From: a candidate division FCPU426 bacterium
GTDB lineage: Bacteria > Oederibacteriota > Muellerivitia > Muellerivitales > Muellerivitaceae
Length of the DNA stretch: 64,000 nucleotides
NCBI GenBank assembly: GCA_963719085.1
Contig: CAVRAL010000004.1
Coordinates: forward strand, 1,184,001-1,248,000
Direction: 5' to 3'
Shown: positions 48,049 through 58,339 of the stretch, one piece after another
Numbering within the stretch: the first letter of the stretch is position 1
Layout of the letters: every line of letters begins with the position of its first letter
Made by a program: the position numbers and the translations under genes
Notes under the pieces: generated by a model
The model's input: the letters and a program-made list of their open reading frames with translations, nothing else
The model's database searches: none
Told to the model about the DNA's origin: nothing

Positions 48049-49584
48049 TCATTCGGGCCGGGCGGGCCCCAACTTGGGAATCTTGTAAAGCGCCAGGGCC
48101 AAGGCCTTTCGCTCGGCGTGGTTGACGATGGGAGCGGGGTAACCGGCGGGGCGGTTCAAGCCTTCCGGGGCGTGGATGGCCTTTGAATCAAGGCCGGCCA
48201 ATTCAGGCACATACTCCCTTATATAGTGGCCTTCGGGATCAAATCTTTCGCTTTGAAGCTTGGGGTTAAAGACCCGAAAGTAAGGTTGGGGGTCGCAGCC
48301 GGTGGAGGCCGCCCATTGCCAGCCGCCGTTGTTGGGGGCCAGGTCCCCATCCAGCAAAGTTTCCATGAAATACTTCTCGCCCCAGCGCCAATCAATGAGC
48401 AGGTCTTTGGTCAAAAAAGAAGCGACGATCATCCGGACCCGGTTGTGCATCCAGCCGGTCTTTTTCAATTGGCGCATGCCCGCGTCCACGATTGGATAGC
48501 CGGTTTTGCCTTCTTTCCAAGCCGCGAAATAATCCTTCCGGTTTTCCCACTTGAGGTTTTTATATTTTTCCAGGAAAGCCTCTTTTTCAACCCGGGGGCA
48601 GTGGTAAAGGATGTGGTAATAAAACTCCCGCCAAACCACCTCCATTAAAAAACGCGCGGGTCCGCCGGGCGCTTGGAACTTTTCCCCGGCCAAGTCCATC
48701 TCGCCCAGGGCCAGGGCCGTCGTCAGCGATCCATTTTTAAAGTAAAGGCTCATCTTCGAGGTGCCGTCCTGCCCGGGGAAATCCCGGTCTTTGGAATAAG
48801 CGCCCAAGTGTTTTTTAAAAGCTTTCAGGCGCTCCAGCGCCGCCAGGGTCCCGGCGGGGGGGATGGGAACCGTCACTTTTTTTGAATTTTCTTCCGCCAC
48901 CCGGTTGAAATGGTCTTTGACGGGACAGGCGCCGCCAAAAAGTTTGTCCCAGGTGAGGCTGAATAATTTGGGGGTTTCCCCCTGGGCCCGGGCCCGCAGA
49001 TACTTTAAGGCCTGCTTTTGGGAGGAGACCCTTTGGCGCATCCGGTCGGATTGGAACAAGGCGAACCAGCGTTTGGCAAAGGGGGTATAGATCTGATAGT
49101 AGGAGCCGGGAGCCTCATCCTTGAAAATTTCGGAAGGCTCGATCAGCAGATGGTCCCGTTCGGTATGGACGGTCATGCCTAATTCTTTCGATAAAAAGCC
49201 GGTCATGGCCTTGTCCCGCTCCCGGGCGAAGGGCTCATAGTCCCGGTTAAAAGAGACGGTGGCGGGCAAGGGAATGGCTTTTTTTCTCAAGGCCTTCACC
49301 AGTTGATCGAAGCCTTCCTTTGGTCCCTGGTCCAAAACAATCAAGTCGCCTCCGGTTTGCCTAAGTTCTTTCTTTAGCTCTTTTAGGTTTTCCAAGAAAA
49401 AGGCAAACCGGTTATGGGAAAAATCGGGGCGGGATAGAAACTTGGAATCAAAACAAAAGACACCCAGAACCCGGCCCTGGTGTTCTTTCCAGCTCCATTG
49501 AAGCGAGGGATTCCCGGCCACCCGAAGGTCCCGGCGAAACCAATGAAGGCCATAGGATGGGGTGGACACGAGGGCTCCGATCAA
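48049..49584 (-). CDS. phrB: Deoxyribodipyrimidine photolyase (class I CPD type)
   Basis: WFRRDLRV, WREFY, GKTGYPIVDAGMRQL and GWMHNRVRMIVASFL motifs. Confidence 0.93.
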   Translation of the reverse strand: MIGALVSTPSYGLHWFRRDLRVAGNPSLQWSWKEHQGRVLGVFCFDSKFLSRPDFSHNRFAFFLENLKELKKELRQTGGDLIVLDQGPKEGFDQLVKALRKKAIPLPATVSFNRDYEPFARERDKAMTGFLSKELGMTVHTERDHLLIEPSEIFKDEAPGSYYQIYTPFAKRWFALFQSDRMRQRVSSQKQALKYLRARAQGETPKLFSLTWDKLFGGACPVKDHFNRVAEENSKKVTVPIPPAGTLAALERLKAFKKHLGAYSKDRDFPGQDGTSKMSLYFKNGSLTTALALGEMDLAGEKFQAPGGPARFLMEVVWREFYYHILYHCPRVEKEAFLEKYKNLKWENRKDYFAAWKEGKTGYPIVDAGMRQLKKTGWMHNRVRMIVASFLTKDLLIDWRWGEKYFMETLLDGDLAPNNGGWQWAASTGCDPQPYFRVFNPKLQSERFDPEGHYIREYVPELAGLDSKAIHAPEGLNRPAGYPAPIVNHAERKALALALYKIPKLGPARPE

Positions 49585-49707
49585 GTGACCGCCGATTTTA
49601 ACCTTTGCCTCCGGCGGAAGGCAATTGGGCCAGCCCGTTGTAGCCCAAAAAAGGAGATGTTACACTAGTTCAGCTTCAATCCTGACCCGCTTATATAGAA
49701 AGCTCCC

Positions 49708-50886
49708 ATGTCCAAAGTCTATCTCGATCACGCCGCCACCACGCCCCTGGATGAGAAGGTCTTGGAAGCCATGCTTCCTTACTTAAAAGAGGAATTCGGC
49801 AATCCTTCCAGCGTCCACGCTTACGGCCGGGAAGCCCGCGCCGCCATTGAAAGGGCCCGGGAAAAGGTCGCCTTCACCCTGAACGCGGACCTGAAAGAAA
49901 TCGTCTTCACCAGCGGCGGCACCGAAAGCGTCAACGCGGTGCATAAGGGCGTGGCTTACGCCAGCCACGGCAAGGCCCGGCATTTTGTTATTTCCGCCAT
50001 CGAGCACAGCTGTGTTTTGGAAACGGCCGAATGGCTGACCAACCAGGGTTTCCCCGTGACGGTCGTGGGCTGCAACGCCGAAGGCTGGGTCGACCCGAAA
50101 GAGGTCCAAAAGGCCATTCGGCCCGGGGAAACCCGCATGATCTCCATTATGGCCGTCAACAATGAGGTGGGAACCCTCCAGCCGGTGCGGGAAATCGGCA
50201 AGCTGGCCCGCGAGCAGGGCATTCTTTTTCACACCGACGCCGTGCAGGCTTACGGCAAAATCCCCTTGGATGTCCAAAAGGACTACATCGATTTTCTCTC
50301 GGTGTCGGGCCACAAAATTTACGGGCCCAAGGGCTCGGGCTTTTTTTACCACCGCCGGGGCCTGGACCTGGTGCCCTTGATCCACGGCGGCGGCCAGGAA
50401 AAGGACCGGCGGGGAGGGACGGAGAATGTGGCCGCCATCGTGGGGATGGCCGAGGCCGCTTGGATGATTTGCAACGACCGAGCGGAGCACGCCCGCCTGA
50501 CGGCCTTGAGCGAGCTGTTTCTGGCGGAACTGGGAAAAAGCCTGCCGAAGTTTAAACTCAATGGACCCGAGCGGGCCGAGCGCCGTTTGCCCGGTCTTTT
50601 GAACATCACCATTGAAGGCATTGAGGGCGAAAGCCTGGTCCACAGTTTGGATTCCAAGGGGTTCGCGGTTTCGTCGGGAGCCGCCTGCGCGGCCGGTTCG
50701 GCCCCTCCCTCCCACGTATTGGTGGCCATGGGACGCACCCCGAAAGAAGCCAAGCAAGGCCTGCGCTTAAGCTTCGGCCGCTCCACCGGCGAAACCCAAG
50801 TGAAGTTATTGGTGAATGTGCTCCCGGAGATCGTGGAACAGTTGAGGAAAATGGCATCTTTCTTTGACGAGGACCCCTCCAAATAA
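49708..50886 (+). CDS. iscS: Cysteine desulfurase (IscS/NifS group I)
   Basis: YLDHAATTP, FTSGGTE, SGHKIYGPKG and SSGAAC motifs. Confidence 0.9.
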   Translation: MSKVYLDHAATTPLDEKVLEAMLPYLKEEFGNPSSVHAYGREARAAIERAREKVAFTLNADLKEIVFTSGGTESVNAVHKGVAYASHGKARHFVISAIEHSCVLETAEWLTNQGFPVTVVGCNAEGWVDPKEVQKAIRPGETRMISIMAVNNEVGTLQPVREIGKLAREQGILFHTDAVQAYGKIPLDVQKDYIDFLSVSGHKIYGPKGSGFFYHRRGLDLVPLIHGGGQEKDRRGGTENVAAIVGMAEAAWMICNDRAEHARLTALSELFLAELGKSLPKFKLNGPERAERRLPGLLNITIEGIEGESLVHSLDSKGFAVSSGAACAAGSAPPSHVLVAMGRTPKEAKQGLRLSFGRSTGETQVKLLVNVLPEIVEQLRKMASFFDEDPSK

Positions 50887-50911
50887 AAATTTAATCGAGG
50901 GGGGGCCGAAG

Positions 50912-50968
50912 CCCCCGCCATGTGTGACGATTCACGGAATATCTTGCCCGTGAATCGTCTGGCGGGGG
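50912..50968. repeat. Strong intergenic hairpin after iscS
   Basis: CCCCCGCCA/TGGCGGGGG and GACGATTCACGG/CCGTGAATCGTC stems. Confidence 0.7.
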
Positions 50969-51072
50969 AAGCTGGCGGGACGCGCCGATTTTTAACTTTA
51001 TAAATCGACATTATTTCGATCTCTTTGACTGGTTTATATGAAATCGGAATAGGGCGATTCCGTTAACGCTTA

Positions 51073-51108
51073 CCCCTCACCCTGGCCCTCTCCCTCAAGG
51101 GGAGAGGG
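51073..51108. repeat. REP-like element (family D)
   Basis: CCCCTCACCCTGGCCCTCTCCCTCAAGGGGAGAGGG, a widespread REP-like motif type; one copy in this window. Confidence 0.6.
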
Positions 51109-51282
51109 AAGATTCGTTAAAATTTAAGCCTTCAAAGAAGGTGCGGGGCGAGGGATTTCGATTTAAAATATGGCCCCAGTGGACATCCAGGAATTGGTTC
51201 AACCCAAGACTGATTTTTCATCGGCGTTCATCAGAATTTATCAATGCAAAATGGGTTTTATTAAAGAAAGGTTTCCAAGTCC

Positions 51283-52947
51283 TTGTTCCCTAAAAAGCTG
51301 AGTTTCAAAATCGGTTTTTTCCTGGCCCTTTCGATCCTGATCATCGAGGCTTTGGTCATCTTTTCCACCGTGTTCCAGGAAAAGAACAAGCAGATTGACC
51401 AGAAGGTGGAACTGCTCAACCTGGTCACCCAAGCCCTGCAGGGGGATTTCACCCGGTCGATCCAGCATTCCCACTTCCTTTTACTTTCGGACACCCTGAC
51501 CGAGATCACCCAGCAGTTCGGCGCCAGCTCGCTGATCCTTTTTGACGCCCATGGCAAGATCCTGGTTTTTGAAAAACCCGATCCGGACGCCAATCCGGAA
51601 ACCTCGGACCTGAGGACCGAGCTCATTAAGGCCAGCGTCCACAAAAAGCCCGAAGTCTCGGTGTTGAAGTCGGTTTCGGGCATCACCCTGCGCTACGTGA
51701 ACGCCGTGCGCGACGCCAACGGCCAGTTGGTGGCCGGGTTGGCCGTGGAAATTCCCATGAGCGTGGTGAATGAGGCCGTGGGCGCCTACGTGCTGAAAAG
51801 CGTGGGCTGGGTGCTTTTGATCGTCTTGGGCGTGACCGGCTTTTTTATCTACGTGATGATCCGGCTGGTGGTGAACCCCATCAACGAAATGAAGGCGGAG
51901 CTCATCGCCGTGGCCAAGGGCGAGGGGGATTTGACCCACCGCATCAAGGTGCGCTCCAAGGATGAGATCGGCCAGATGGCCGATTGGTTCAACGCCTTCA
52001 TCGACAAGATCCGCGACATGGTGTCGGTCATCCAAAACCACTCGGAGCATCTCAATGAGGAAGTGCAGGGCATCACGCACTCCACGGCGGAGGTGAGCGC
52101 CATGAGCGATGACATGGCCACCACCATCCAGCAGATCGCCAAGGGCGCGGAAGAACAAGCCGCCAAGATCGCCGACGTCCATCACTTGATGCAGGAAATG
52201 CAGGAGAGCATGAAGGCCGTGGAGCAAAAGGCCCGGGAGACCGCGGGCTCGGCCGACCAAGCCACCCAAACCGCGCAGGCCGGCGGGCGCATGGTGCAGG
52301 AAACCATCCAAAAGATGGTGGACTTGAACGAGACCATCTTGAGCAACTCCACGCTGGTGCACCACCTGGGGGAAAAGAGCCAGCAGATTTCCCGGGTGGT
52401 GGATATTATTTCCGGGATCGCCGAGCAGACGAATCTTTTGTCCTTGAACGCCGCCATCGAGGCGGCCCGCGCCGGGGAACAGGGCAAGGGTTTCGCCGTG
52501 GTGGCCGAAGAAATCCGCGCGCTGGCCGACGGGGCCAGCAAGGCTTCCCATGAGATCGAGGACCTGGTCCAACAGATCCAAGACCAAACGCAGGACACCG
52601 TGCGGTCCATGGAAAAAAGCGCCCAGGAAGCCGAGCAAAGCCGAGGCGGCATCCGGGTCATGGGCGATGCCTTGAACGACATCATCCGGGTGATTGAGGA
52701 AGTGGAAAGCCAAAGCCGCGCCATTACGGAGCTCATGGCCCAGCAGACCCAGCGTTACAACCTGATCGTGAACGGCATCCAAGACATCAACGCCGTGTCG
52801 GAAGAATCCGCCGCTTCCACCGAGGAAGTCTCGGCCAGCACCGAGGAACAAACCGCCAGCATGGAACAAGTGACCGCCACCTGCCGGGAATTGGCCCAAA
52901 TGGCGCAAAACATGAAAATGATGGTGGAAAAGTTTAAGGTGAAGTAG
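51283..52947 (+). CDS. Methyl-accepting chemotaxis protein with a HAMP domain
   Basis: Two TMs, HAMP GDLTHRI..DEIGQMA, hairpin [33 protein letters not shown]. Confidence 0.95.
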   Translation: MFPKKLSFKIGFFLALSILIIEALVIFSTVFQEKNKQIDQKVELLNLVTQALQGDFTRSIQHSHFLLLSDTLTEITQQFGASSLILFDAHGKILVFEKPDPDANPETSDLRTELIKASVHKKPEVSVLKSVSGITLRYVNAVRDANGQLVAGLAVEIPMSVVNEAVGAYVLKSVGWVLLIVLGVTGFFIYVMIRLVVNPINEMKAELIAVAKGEGDLTHRIKVRSKDEIGQMADWFNAFIDKIRDMVSVIQNHSEHLNEEVQGITHSTAEVSAMSDDMATTIQQIAKGAEEQAAKIADVHHLMQEMQESMKAVEQKARETAGSADQATQTAQAGGRMVQETIQKMVDLNETILSNSTLVHHLGEKSQQISRVVDIISGIAEQTNLLSLNAAIEAARAGEQGKGFAVVAEEIRALADGASKASHEIEDLVQQIQDQTQDTVRSMEKSAQEAEQSRGGIRVMGDALNDIIRVIEEVESQSRAITELMAQQTQRYNLIVNGIQDINAVSEESAASTEEVSASTEEQTASMEQVTATCRELAQMAQNMKMMVEKFKVK

Positions 52948-52961
52948 CTTCGCGATTTAGA

Positions 52962-53118
52962 TGTCATTGCGCGGAGCGTCTTTCATTGGTTTAAGCGACA
53001 AAGCAATCTCAGTTTATGAGTAGCCTTCAATCAGCTTTTTGAAGTTGCTTTGTTATAAAGCGAAAACAACCCATAAACTGGGATTGCCGCGTCGCAAAGT
53101 CCGCTCCTCGCAATGACA
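52962..53118. repeat. Palindromic intergenic repeat, family C, empty copy
   Basis: TGTCATTGCG...CGCAATGACA termini; inner GCAATCTCAGTTTATG / CATAAACTGGGATTGC. Confidence 0.88.
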
Positions 53119-53249
53119 AATCAACCCGAACCTAAGATTTGCCGATAAAAGTTACTTATAGTTACCGTGATTAGCCATTGATTTCCGGGCGTTCCCTCCG
53201 TTAAATATTTCCCTCTAGACGTGAAATTACCGACCTAAAGAGGCCTGCC

Positions 53250-54566
53250 ATGTCCCAGCCGATTTCCCTCGATTTAAGCTATATCCACGAGTTGGTTTCC
53301 GAAAAAGAACTGATGGACGCCCGCCCCAAGGCCGAGGCCGCCCTGAAGACCCTGCTGGAGCACAAGGGCCGGGGCAGTGATTATTTGGGCTGGATCAACC
53401 TGCCGCTGGACGTTGAGAAACAATTGGCCGCCCTTCAAAAGACCGCCGCGGAACTGGCGAAGTTTGACGCCGTCATTTGCGTCGGCATCGGCGGGTCCTA
53501 CTTGGGCGCCCGGGCCACCATCGAGGCTTTAGGCAAGGGCCAACCGGAGATCCATTACCTGGGCAACCACTTGTCCTCGACGACTTACGTGGACCTAATG
53601 GAAAAGCTCAAGGACAAGTCGGTCGGCATCTACGTCATTTCCAAATCCGGAACCACGACCGAGCCGGCGGTGGCTTTTCGTCTGCTGAAGACTTGGATGG
53701 AAAAAAAGGTCGGCAAGGCGGAGGCGAAGAAACATATCGTGGCCATCACGGACGAGTCCAAAGGCGCCTTGAAGACCCTGGCCGACGCCGAAGGCTATCC
53801 CAGCTACGTGATTCCCGACGATGTGGGCGGCCGCTACTCCGTCTTGACGCCGGTGGGGCTTCTTCCCATCGCCTCGGCGGGCGTGGACATCGCCCAGTTA
53901 TTGAAGGGCGCCCAAGTGGCGATGAGGGACGGCGCCTCGACGGATTGGAACGTGAACCTGTCGCTTCGCTACGCGGCGGCCCGCCAGCTTCTTTATCAAA
54001 AGGGAAAAACCATCGAGGTCTTGGCGAACTTCCGGCCCGACTTTCATTACATCAGCGAGTGGTGGAAACAGCTGTACGGGGAGTCCGAGGGCAAAGAGGG
54101 CAAAGGCGCGTTCCCCGCGTCGGTGGATTTAACGACCGACCTTCACAGCATGGGCCAGTATTTACAGGAAGGCCGCCGCGACTTGTACGAAACCATTTTG
54201 TGGGTGGCGAAAGAAGCCAAAGACATTCTCGTCCCCTCCGACCCGGAGGACCGGGAAGGCCTTAACTTTTTGGCGGGCAAGCCCCTGGCTTGGGTCAATG
54301 AGCAGGCGATGAAGGCCACCGCTTTGGCGCACAAGGACGGCGGACTGCCGGTGATGCGCGTCACGCTCAACCAGCTCGACGCTTTCACGCTCGGCTATCT
54401 TTATTATTTTTTCGAGATGGCCTGCGGCATCTCAGGAACTATGCTTGGCATTAATCCTTTCGACCAACCGGGCGTGGAGGCTTACAAAAAAAATATGTTC
54501 GCCTTGCTCGGTAAAAAGGGGTATGAACCCCTTCTTGCCGAATTACGGGCGAAGGGTGTTGAGTAA
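53250..54566 (+). CDS. pgi: Glucose-6-phosphate isomerase
   Basis: GIGGSYLG, SKSGTTTEP, VGGRYSVLT, QLYGESEGK and PFDQPGVEAYK motifs. Confidence 0.97.
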   Translation: MSQPISLDLSYIHELVSEKELMDARPKAEAALKTLLEHKGRGSDYLGWINLPLDVEKQLAALQKTAAELAKFDAVICVGIGGSYLGARATIEALGKGQPEIHYLGNHLSSTTYVDLMEKLKDKSVGIYVISKSGTTTEPAVAFRLLKTWMEKKVGKAEAKKHIVAITDESKGALKTLADAEGYPSYVIPDDVGGRYSVLTPVGLLPIASAGVDIAQLLKGAQVAMRDGASTDWNVNLSLRYAAARQLLYQKGKTIEVLANFRPDFHYISEWWKQLYGESEGKEGKGAFPASVDLTTDLHSMGQYLQEGRRDLYETILWVAKEAKDILVPSDPEDREGLNFLAGKPLAWVNEQAMKATALAHKDGGLPVMRVTLNQLDAFTLGYLYYFFEMACGISGTMLGINPFDQPGVEAYKKNMFALLGKKGYEPLLAELRAKGVE

Positions 54567-54580
54567 GCCTGTTCGTCATC

Positions 54581-54984
54581 TGTCGTTGCGAGGAGCGTCT
54601 TTCATAGGTGTTAGCGACGAAGCAATCCCAGTTGATGGTGGTCCATGCCTTTTTACGTCTATATCACTACGACTAAATCAAACAAGGTCCTTTATACGGG
54701 CATGACTCGCGACCTGGGTCGGAGGATCCGGGAACATTGTTCGATGAAAAAGAACGGGTTCACCCAACGCTACGAGGTGAATAAATTGGTCTATTACGAA
54801 GTCTTGGAAACTTCCCAAGCGGCAAGGGAACGCGAAAAACAGATCAAGGCTGGTTCCCGGCAAAAGAAGGTTGATCTTGTCTGCGGATTTAATCCAAAGT
54901 GGGAAGATTTGGGCGGGAGTCTTTAAAATGGAAATAATTTTTTGAACAAAAGATGGCTCGGCAAAGGAGCGCCTCGCCATAACA
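54581..54984. mobile_element. Family C repeat element enclosing a GIY-YIG nuclease gene
   Basis: Left half (54581-54633) matches the empty copies; degenerate right half AGATGGCTCGG..CCTCGCCATAACA (54951-54984). Mobility is inferred. Confidence 0.6.
54645..54926 (+). CDS. GIY-YIG nuclease (YhbQ-like)
   Basis: FYVYI..LYTGMTRDLGRRIREH..LVYYE..REKQIK..NPKW. Confidence 0.92.
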   Translation: MPFYVYITTTKSNKVLYTGMTRDLGRRIREHCSMKKNGFTQRYEVNKLVYYEVLETSQAAREREKQIKAGSRQKKVDLVCGFNPKWEDLGGSL

Positions 54985-55105
54985 AAAAGTTCTGTTGAAA
55001 TTTTACGCAGTTACTTTTTGTTAACTTTTTTTTTACCCGGCTGAGATTTAACACGAACCCATTGAAAAATGGCCCTTTTCTACCGCTTCGTGAGTCACAT
55101 TTCCT

Positions 55106-55159
55106 TTGACAACACTAAGGATGGTAGGTTATAAATCCAACACAGACTAAATGTGGGGT
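55106..55159 (+). promoter_or_regulatory. nrdJ sigma70-type promoter with two NrdR boxes
   Basis: TTGACA at 55106 and TATAAA at 55130; ACACTAAGGATGGTAG (55112) and AGACTAAATGTGGGGT (55144) resemble acaCwAtATaTwGtg and lie 32 bp apart. Confidence 0.7.
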
Positions 55160-55451
55160 AAAAACCATTATTTATCTGGTTTTTTTGGCGTCATGGGGAG
55201 CTGTGAAGGCGCCAGATCGACAACCTAAGGGGGACCAAAGCCGAACCAACACCGCGAAAGCCAGCCCTAACTACTTGTCAGCCAGCCTTAAGTTACTGCC
55301 TATACCATTCGACAACCCATTTTCCGATCATAAAGATAAGGGCACTCTTGCCCCTAAGGGACTGTTTTCCCTATAGGACAGGCGTCACTCTTCAAGGGGT
55401 TTTTTCACCCCTGGACCACCTTGATCGGTCATCTATATAGAGGAGGACTTC

Positions 55452-58226
55452 ATGTCCACTAATCCGAACGCTTCGACGAAAAGATCATTTGACCGGCCCA
55501 ACACCTTCACCCGGGACGGTGGATTGAAGATTAAGCGCTATTTCACCAAGAAGGGCGTCCACCCCTTCGAGGACGTGGAATGGGAATTGCGCTCCGCCAC
55601 CATCAGCGATGAGAAGGGCAAGGTGATCTTCGAGCAAAAAGACGTCGAGGTACCGAAGGGTTGGTCGCAGACCGCCACCAATATCGTGGTATCCAAATAT
55701 TTCCACGGGCTCATGGGAACCGAAGCCCGGGAGCGTTCCGTCAAGCAGCTGATCCGCCGGGTGGCCGATACCATCTCGGAGTGGGGCAAAGACATGGGCT
55801 ATTTCGCCTCCGACGACGACGCGGAGATCTTCCACATGGAACTCACGCATTTGCTCGTTCACCAGAAGATGGCCTTCAACTCCCCGGTGTGGTTCAACGT
55901 CGGCATCGAGGAACGCCCGCAGTGCTCGGCTTGCTTCATCAACAGCGTCTCGGACAGCATGGAATCCATTTTGGACTTGGCTAAGACCGAGGGCATGCTC
56001 TTTAAGTACGGCTCGGGAACGGGCACGAACTTTTCCAACCTGCGTTCTTCCAAAGAAAAGCTCTCGGGCGGCGGCACGGCCTCGGGCCCGGTTTCCTTCC
56101 TCAAAGGTTTTGACAGCTTCGCCGGCGTCATCAAGTCGGGTGGACGCACGCGCCGCGCGGCCAAGATGGTCATTTTGGACGCCGATCATCCGGACATCAT
56201 CGACTTCGTGAAGTCAAAGTCGGATGAAGAGAAAAAAGCTTGGGCCTTGATCGACGCCGGCTATGACGGCGGGTTCAACGTGCCGGGCGGGGCTTATGAC
56301 TCCGTGCAATTCCAAAACGCCAACCACTCGGTGCGCGTGTCGGATGAGTTTATGCAAGCGGCCGCCAACGGCGGCACTTGGACCACCAAGGCCCGCAAAG
56401 ACGGCGCTCCCGTGGATACCTTCCACGCGAAAGATATTTTGCGCATGATCGCCGAATCCACTTGGATCTGCGGCGACCCGGGCATGCAATACGACACCAT
56501 GATCAACAAATGGCACACGTCGAGCAACACGGCCCGCATCAACTCCTCCAACCCCTGCTCCGAATACATGTACCTGGATGATTCGGCCTGTAACTTGGCC
56601 TCGCTCAACCTCATGAAGTTCCGCAACGGCGAGAGCGAGTTTGATATCGACGCCTTCAAGCACGCGGTCGACATCACTATCTTGGCGCAGGAAATCACGG
56701 TGGATAACGCCAGCTACCCCACGAAGCCGATCGAGCGTAACAGCCACGATTACCGGCCTTTGGGATTGGGCTACGCCAACCTGGGCGCGCTTCTCATGTC
56801 GCGCGGATTGCCTTATGACGGTGACGAAGGCCGCAACTACGCCGCCGCCATCACCGCTTTGATGCAGGGTGAGGCCAACCTCATGTCGTCGCGCATCGCC
56901 AAAGAAGTGGGTCCGTTCCAGGGCTATGCCCGCAACCGGGAACCCATGCTCAAGGTCATGAAGATGCACCAAACGGAGGCCGCTAAGATCAAGCATAACC
57001 CCGTGACCGAGGGCCTCTACTTGGCCGCCCAGAAGGTCTGGAAAGAAGTGCAGGATCACGGTAAAGAGTGGGGTTTCCGCAACGGCCAGGTCAGCGTTTT
57101 GGCTCCGACCGGCACCATCGGTTTCATGATGGATTGCGACACCACGGGCGTTGAGCCCGATATCGCCTTGGTCAAATACAAGAAGCTGGTGGGTGGCGGG
57201 GTCATCAAGATCGTCAACCAAACCGTGCCCGAGGCGCTTCGTAACCTCAAGTACACCGAGTCGCAAACCGAGGATATTTTGGCTTATATCAACGCCCACG
57301 ACACGATCGAAGGCGCGCCGCATTTGAAAGCCGACCACTTAACCGTGTTCGACTGCGCTTTCAAGCCGTCCAACGGGACCCGGTCCATCCACTATATGGG
57401 CCACATCCGGATGATGGCGGCGGTTCAGCCCTTCTTGTCGGGCGCGATCTCCAAGACCGTCAATTTGCCGACGGACGCGACCGTGGAAGACATCATGCAG
57501 GCTTATATCGAGTCCTGGAAGTTGGGCCTCAAGGCGGTCGCCATTTACCGCGACGGCTGCAAGCGCTCCCAGCCCTTGTCGACCAACCTGGATGGCGAAA
57601 AGGCCAAGGTTGCCAAGCCGGCGCGCCGGCGCCTGCCGGACGAACGCGAAGCCATTACCCACAAGTTTTCCATCGCGGGCCACGAGGGTTATATCACCGT
57701 GGGTAAGTTCGAGGATGGAACGCCGGGCGAACTCTTTATCTTGATGTCCAAAGAAGGCTCGACGGTTTCGGGGCTCATGGACAGCTTCGCCACCGCGATC
57801 TCGCTGGCGCTTCAATACGGCGTGCCCTTTAAGGTACTCGTGGATAAGTTCAGCCACAGCCGCTACGAGCCGTCGGGGATCACGACCAACCCGGAAGTGC
57901 GCATTGCCAAGTCGATCACGGACTACATTTTCCGCTGGATGGCCTTGAAGTTCATGCCGAAGGGGGAACGCGGCGCCGCCGAAATTTCGGACGCTGTTGA
58001 GCGCCAAGCGGCCTTGAACAGCGCCTCACCCGCGCAAGCCTCGGCTCCTGCCGCCGCGCCGGCTCCCGTCAAGATGACGGAAGCCCCGCAATCGGACGCC
58101 GCTGAAAAGCGCATCTTCGTGACCCAGGCGGATGCTCCGCCTTGTCCGGAATGCGGAACCATCATGGTCCGTAACGCCGCCTGCTATAAGTGTCTCAATT
58201 GCGGGTCGACGAGCGGATGCTCTTAA
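55452..58226 (+). CDS. nrdJ: Class II (B12-dependent) ribonucleotide reductase with C-terminal TSCPD and zinc-ribbon domains
   Basis: PQCSACFI, NPCSEY, LAPTGTIG and AIYRDG motifs; terminal CPECG..CLNCG. Confidence 0.95.
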   Translation: MSTNPNASTKRSFDRPNTFTRDGGLKIKRYFTKKGVHPFEDVEWELRSATISDEKGKVIFEQKDVEVPKGWSQTATNIVVSKYFHGLMGTEARERSVKQLIRRVADTISEWGKDMGYFASDDDAEIFHMELTHLLVHQKMAFNSPVWFNVGIEERPQCSACFINSVSDSMESILDLAKTEGMLFKYGSGTGTNFSNLRSSKEKLSGGGTASGPVSFLKGFDSFAGVIKSGGRTRRAAKMVILDADHPDIIDFVKSKSDEEKKAWALIDAGYDGGFNVPGGAYDSVQFQNANHSVRVSDEFMQAAANGGTWTTKARKDGAPVDTFHAKDILRMIAESTWICGDPGMQYDTMINKWHTSSNTARINSSNPCSEYMYLDDSACNLASLNLMKFRNGESEFDIDAFKHAVDITILAQEITVDNASYPTKPIERNSHDYRPLGLGYANLGALLMSRGLPYDGDEGRNYAAAITALMQGEANLMSSRIAKEVGPFQGYARNREPMLKVMKMHQTEAAKIKHNPVTEGLYLAAQKVWKEVQDHGKEWGFRNGQVSVLAPTGTIGFMMDCDTTGVEPDIALVKYKKLVGGGVIKIVNQTVPEALRNLKYTESQTEDILAYINAHDTIEGAPHLKADHLTVFDCAFKPSNGTRSIHYMGHIRMMAAVQPFLSGAISKTVNLPTDATVEDIMQAYIESWKLGLKAVAIYRDGCKRSQPLSTNLDGEKAKVAKPARRRLPDEREAITHKFSIAGHEGYITVGKFEDGTPGELFILMSKEGSTVSGLMDSFATAISLALQYGVPFKVLVDKFSHSRYEPSGITTNPEVRIAKSITDYIFRWMALKFMPKGERGAAEISDAVERQAALNSASPAQASAPAAAPAPVKMTEAPQSDAAEKRIFVTQADAPPCPECGTIMVRNAACYKCLNCGSTSGCS

Positions 58227-58285
58227 GAAGAATGTAGAAAGATGTCATTGTCCCTTCTGCAAGTAGGGGCAACCTAAATTAGGAC

Positions 58286-58319
58286 AAAGCCTCGCTCCCT
58301 GAAGGGGGCGGGGCTTTTT
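58286..58319 (+). terminator. Intrinsic terminator after nrdJ
   Basis: AAAGCCTCGCTCCC..GGGGGCGGGGCTTTTT. Confidence 0.7.
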
Positions 58320-58339
58320 GCAATTTATTAGGAGTAAAT

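Noticed and set aside
3343..54984. CRISPR array or integron attC interpretation of the repeats
   Set aside because: Copies are dispersed singly kilobases apart, with no regular repeat-spacer periodicity, no cas or integrase gene, and no attC-type RYYYAAC/GTTRRRY cassette array.
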